A stretch of 63,110 nucleotides of DNA, the filler included. It is 13 parts of 13 records of this genome, joined end to end, with 100 filler letters (N's around TTAATTAATTAA, not from the genome) between each part and the next. Parts side by side here need not be neighbours in the genome. Positions count along the whole stretch, not along the records: positions 58,786 to 63,110 come from SRR15195285_613; 12 more parts are not named here. The stretch is one strand, 5' to 3'. Shown piece after piece: positions 58,813 through 63,110 of this stretch. A program made the position numbers and the translations under genes. The notes beneath the pieces were generated by a model. The model made no database searches. It saw nothing but the letters and a program-made list of their open reading frames with translations, and had not been told where the DNA came from. Positions within the stretch are counted from its first letter, which is position 1, and each line of letters begins with the position of its first letter.

Positions 58813-61800
58813 ATCTTGGTCCTTCAGAATACCCGCACCCCTCTTGCTCTCACGTTCCATTCCTGCTTCCTTCAGCAATGCGGCGGCATAGAACGCGCGA
58901 AACTCTGCCAGCGCCCGAAGCATACTCTTTGCTTCCTGTTTTCCGACTAGACCGTCACCATCCTTGTAGACAACCCCTACCCATTCTTCAACAAGCTTCT
59001 CAGCCTCGATCACCCACGGCATCTTTTGCCGCAATATCTGCCAACCGAGGCCACCGCCTGCCGCTCGCTGGGCATTGCCACTTGCAACAAAGCCCATAAA
59101 CTCCTCCTTGCTGACCGAACCGTCCTTGTTGCGATCCATCGCTTCAAACAGCAGCTTAATGCTGGCCTCTCTTGTAAGCTTTGCGTCAGATTCATCAGCT
59201 AGATGCTTCGTTTCACTGACGAGAAGCTCGGGCATATTGAGCATCTTTGCCAAACCAGAGTCCTTCCAGAGCGCATCGGCCAGCTCTCGCGGCGATACGG
59301 TGCCACTGCCATCGGCATCCACTGTCATGAATACAGCCGCAAGCCGTGCCATGTCTTCAGCACTAACCTGTGGCCGCGGCGTGGCTGCTACTACCTGAGC
59401 TGCAAGCTTTTCTGTACGCGCCTCACGCTTCGCTAGCTGCCGACTTTCGCGGCTCTTCGGCTTGACTAGGCTGGTTCGGCGGTAAAATTCATCCTCCCAG
59501 CCGGGCGGTGGGTCCCACGTTGACTCCTTCTTGCCCGTTACGTCAAACCAATACGGCAAACCTGAGTCATCATCGACAACTCTCTTCCAGTTGTCGAAGT
59601 CGGGGCACGGATCGGGCTCAGACGGCTTCTCTTTGCCACACAGCGGACACTCAGACATATCGACGGGGATGCGTCGCTTGCCGCACGTTTCACATATCCA
59701 GACTCGGAAGTGCCTCTGGGCGCTGGCAGCTGCTGCGGCGGTCCATAGTGCATCGGATCGATCCATAGGATCAGGTGATCGAGCACGTCGTGAGAACTCT
59801 GAGCCTAGTGCGGCAGACACCCGCCATTTTTGCCGAATCTCCTGTGCAGATTTCTTGGGAGCTCGTGCACGCTCACGCTCTCCTGGGTCAGGAGAACGGC
59901 CTCGCCGGCGCTGTGAGCCAGCTCCGAGCGTTGTGGCTATGACGGCTGATCTCAACTTCCTCCGCGCCGACGGTCGATTTTCTAGCAGCTGAACTTCTAT
60001 GTCTTCTCCATCGCTGTCCTCTTCATCTGCAACGGCGGTAGCTTTGAGCTCCTCAAGCTCAGTTTGTAGCTGATTGCAAATTGCTATCATCTCTGCCTTT
60101 CTGTCTCGCATTTTCGCAAGGTCGTTGCTCATGGACGTAAATACGTTCAAATCGAGCACCATCTTCTGTGCGATAGTGTCACGGTGCGCCCTGGCTGCGT
60201 CGACTTTGTGCTGCCCGAGCGAAAGCAAGGCCTCCACGCTAGCGAGCGAGCTGGGGTCCGAGGAATTTCGTGGTTTTGGCCGTGCCCCGATCTGTGAAGC
60301 CAGCAGACGAGTGGACTCTCTCACCGCGAAAGAATTTCGATACTCTGAACTACAGAGTCGCAGCTGGCTATTCTCGGATAACGGCCGTTTGATATTGCCC
60401 CACTCTATTGGCGAGGAGGTATGGCCGTCCTGTGGCCAAGGTGTTCGGGTGCCACCGTGTTCGCGCTGCATTGCTGCATTCCACAGCGGGGAAAGGCCAC
60501 CGGGTTTTATCCGACCAGGTTCCGCACCTGCTGTGAGAAGGGCAGCGACAATATCAGCGCGTCCAGTGCCGGCAGCCATGTAGAGCGGGGTTGAACCATC
60601 AGTTGCTGCGCGATTGGGGTCAGCCTGCAGTGCTAGCAGCACCTTAAGAACTTCTAGATGGCCGCGCCACGCAGCGACCAGAACGAGGCTCGAGCCGGGG
60701 ACTGGAGTCCGGATGCTAGTGCCGTTGAGCGCCACGTCCTGCAAGCGGTAGTTGCATCCAGCTGAATCTCCGAAGCCTGTGTAGTCGCCGTCGGCAGCGC
60801 AAACGTGCTCTCGCAGCCGACCACGGATGCCATCAATCGGTCCTCTGTAGAGAGCGATGCGATCCTCCAGCTCTGCAATCTCATCGTTAATCTCCTCGAG
60901 CTGCTCCTTGTATTGCTCGATGTCGTCGGTTGCGTCCTCGACCTCATCGGCGTGATCGCACTCGACTTGCCGTGCAGTCTTCAAAATCAGGTGCACCTCC
61001 GACGAGCGAGCACGTGCAATTGCTGCCATGGTTGTTCGGTGAAACCAGCCGTGCCATTTCAAGGACTTCAGCGGCTCGAGCACCCGCTCGACGTACTCGG
61101 CTAGTTGGGCTTGTGAGAATTGTGCTGGAAGACATGCGGTCGCTCGTCCAAGAACCAGCAGCTCGTTCAGAATGCTTTCCAGAGAACACCCACCTGCCAG
61201 TTGTTGTCCACTGATACCGCACGAAAAGTGACGTACAAACTCGTCGCAGTCTACATTCCCACTCGAGTCGCTGTCCATACCTTGAAAAAGCGCCTCAAAG
61301 TCTTCACGATCGCCGTCCTTGATGTGAGACGGTAGGTCCAACATGGCCGCGAGCTCCGAGTCCTTACGCAACCGAAGGATAAGCTCGGCGCGGCTCATCT
61401 CGCCATCGCGGTTGCGGTCGATGCTAAAGAATACGTGTTTGAGCTCATCCGTGGAACGGGCCAACCCCATGCTGCGGCGTGCTGATCCCCGGCCCCCAGA
61501 CCGCTTGCCACGCCGTGATGTGGCAGCTGTGAGCATCTCTATCACCCAACGGACCTCGCTCTGCCAGCTCTCGCAGCCAGTATCTTTTGGTCCAACCTCA
61601 GCCAACCCTTCGAAAAGCGCCTTTGTCACCTCCGCGGGAACGTTTTTCTTGCCCGGCCACTCTCTGCTCTGCGCCTCGTCGGGGTGGTGAACGTGGGCCC
61701 ATTTGCGCAAGAGCTCCTTAGTCTCTCGCACCCAAGGGGGAGTGTTCTGCACATCATAGAGGCTCCTGACGGCATCTGGATCATAAAGGACGCGCCCAAT

Positions 61801-62508
61801 CCGCTGATGTTTCAGCTGATCCATGTCATGCACCCAGTGATGCTGCCGTAGCTGAGCGAGTTCTGCCTTCGATGCCTCACCCGTCGCAGCCTTGGCCTCC
61901 AGGTCGGCCCGAGCCTGTGAGCGGACCTCCTCCTGCTTCTCGACTGAGAGCCGCGAGTCCGATTGTAGTAGCGGCTCCCATGGCGCGGGGAGGTCAGCGC
62001 GCACGGCGAGTGGCGAAGCGAACGTCTGGGCTGATCGAACCTTGCGCAAGCGTGCGACCTCGATCTGCTCCGCAGTGAGCACATGCGGCGAATCAGCAGT
62101 TGCGAAAACAACGTCCTCACTCGGGGCGGCATGGCTACGTGGCGACCCCGCATTTCTCTCCTGTTCCATGGCATGCTGCTCGATCCACTCGGTGCCCTCT
62201 GACTGGATACTGTTGTACAGATCCTCCGCGGCGACCCGCGCTTTGATGGCCTCCTTCTCTGCCGCATTCCCATCGACCAGTGCACGCTCCGCCGCTCGCA
62301 GTCGCGCCTCCGGTTCCACTCTCGACGCCCGCTTGCGCTCCAATTCCTCCACCGTGCCTTCGATGAGCGGCGCAAGCAGCAGCGCCTGCACGGCCGCGGC
62401 CTGGCCGTGCAGCACCGCACGCTGCAGCTCGTCCGAGGAGCTCATGGCGCCATCATCCTCGTCGCCATCATCAAAGTCCAGCAGTCCACTCGTCGCCGTC
62501 TGGACCAT
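58786..62508 (-). CDS. Ca2+-signalling scaffold: EF-hands, coiled coil, ankyrin repeats, RanBP2-type Zn finger, WW; 3'-partial
   Basis: EF loops DRNRDGEMSRAE, DSDSSGNVDCDE, DADGSGTVSPRE, DRNKDGSVSKEE; ankyrin AAWRGHLEVLKVLL...DGSTPLYMAA; WICETCG...CPLCGKEKP; WW WKRVVDDDSGLPYWFDVTGKKESTWDPP. Ends in polyQ at the contig edge. Confidence 0.88.
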
Positions 62509-62919
62509 CACAGTTCCCACCGGCCGTGCGATGTTCGTTTATTTCCAATTTTCCTCTGGACCACAGAATCAGAAGGTGGCTTGGCACGCAAGTTTGCTGG
62601 TTATTTCCGGCGCTTGGGGTTGAAGGATCCGGATGATTCCAGGGTTCGTCGCAATTGGCCCGCCGGAGGGAAGACTCGTTGCAAATTCCCGGTACCGGTA
62701 GCATGAGCATGATTTGTCAAAACTCAACGCAAGCTTGTCTGGGTTCGTGGGTGAGGTTCCGCAGATGAGCGCGGATGGGCGGCGCGCGCGCCGTCGGTCG
62801 GTCCGCGGCCGGGTCGCGGGATTGATTCCCGGCGTCTCGAGTCTCGCGCGTAACGACTTCACCGCACACAGTCTACGGGGCGCACGCAGTAACCCCTGTT
62901 GACCCACCCTCTGGACGAT

Positions 62920-63036
62920 ATGCTCAAGAACCTCGCCCTCCTCGCGTCCGTCGGCACGGCGGCCGGCCACGCCTCCTACATGATCGAGTCTGGGCGGTGC
63001 GACCGCGACATGAGCGTCGGTGCGACGATCATGGGT
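62920..63036 (+). CDS. First exon of a secreted protein (3'-partial; absent from the ORF track)
   Basis: Translates as MLKNLALLASVGTAAGHASYMIESGRCDRDMSVGATIMG, followed directly by a GTGAGT donor. Signal-peptide-like; divergent from the EF-hand gene. Confidence 0.65.
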
Positions 63037-63110
63037 GTGAGTCTCGAGAGATACGTCATTGGTTGATCCTACAAATTCCCCCACGCAGTGTAGACGCGTC
63101 TACACTGCGT

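Noticed and set aside
1-63110. rRNA, tRNA, CRISPR arrays, introner-like repeated introns
   Set aside because: None recognised by eye, and the introns share no obvious sequence beyond splice signals. tRNAscan-SE and Infernal were not run.

Overview
This is eukaryotic DNA, not one locus. Thirteen short contigs (about 3.4-6.7 kb) are joined by twelve artificial 100-nt spacers (N44-TTAATTAATTAA-N44), so adjacency across spacers means nothing. The DNA is GC-rich and gene-dense, with mostly 80-150 nt GT-AG introns whose donors are often GTRCG. EPEPEP tracts recur, and TAC/GTAC/CTAG-rich tracts lie upstream of genes. This fits a single-cell or metagenomic assembly of a protist; Picozoa-like is only a guess. 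Recognisable genes: PHT1/PHO84-type phosphate transporter, TrmH/SpoU methyltransferase, BTB-BACK-SPRY protein, JMJD8-like JmjC protein, cyclic-nucleotide-binding K+-type channel, Rab geranylgeranyltransferase beta, DUF6259-like and GH95-like glycosidases, PQQ-type beta-propeller, GT-A glycosyltransferase, TrmN6/YfiC-like methyltransferase, DCX protein and an EF-hand/ankyrin/zinc-finger/WW scaffold. Most notable: (1) three unlinked genes share a TRP_C-like multipass membrane module with different attached domains, and one joins a dCache domain with an intact amino-acid-binding motif to an EF-hand; (2) an intron-containing, divergent Sola/DUF7869-like DDD transposase; (3) a PHT1 transporter with a ~190-aa extracellular insertion; (4) a secreted alpha/alpha-toroid domain fused to two prolyl-4-hydroxylase-like domains; (5) a shared candidate transposon end (CAGGCTG...) near three contig starts. 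All family assignments come from recognising motifs by eye; no searches were run.
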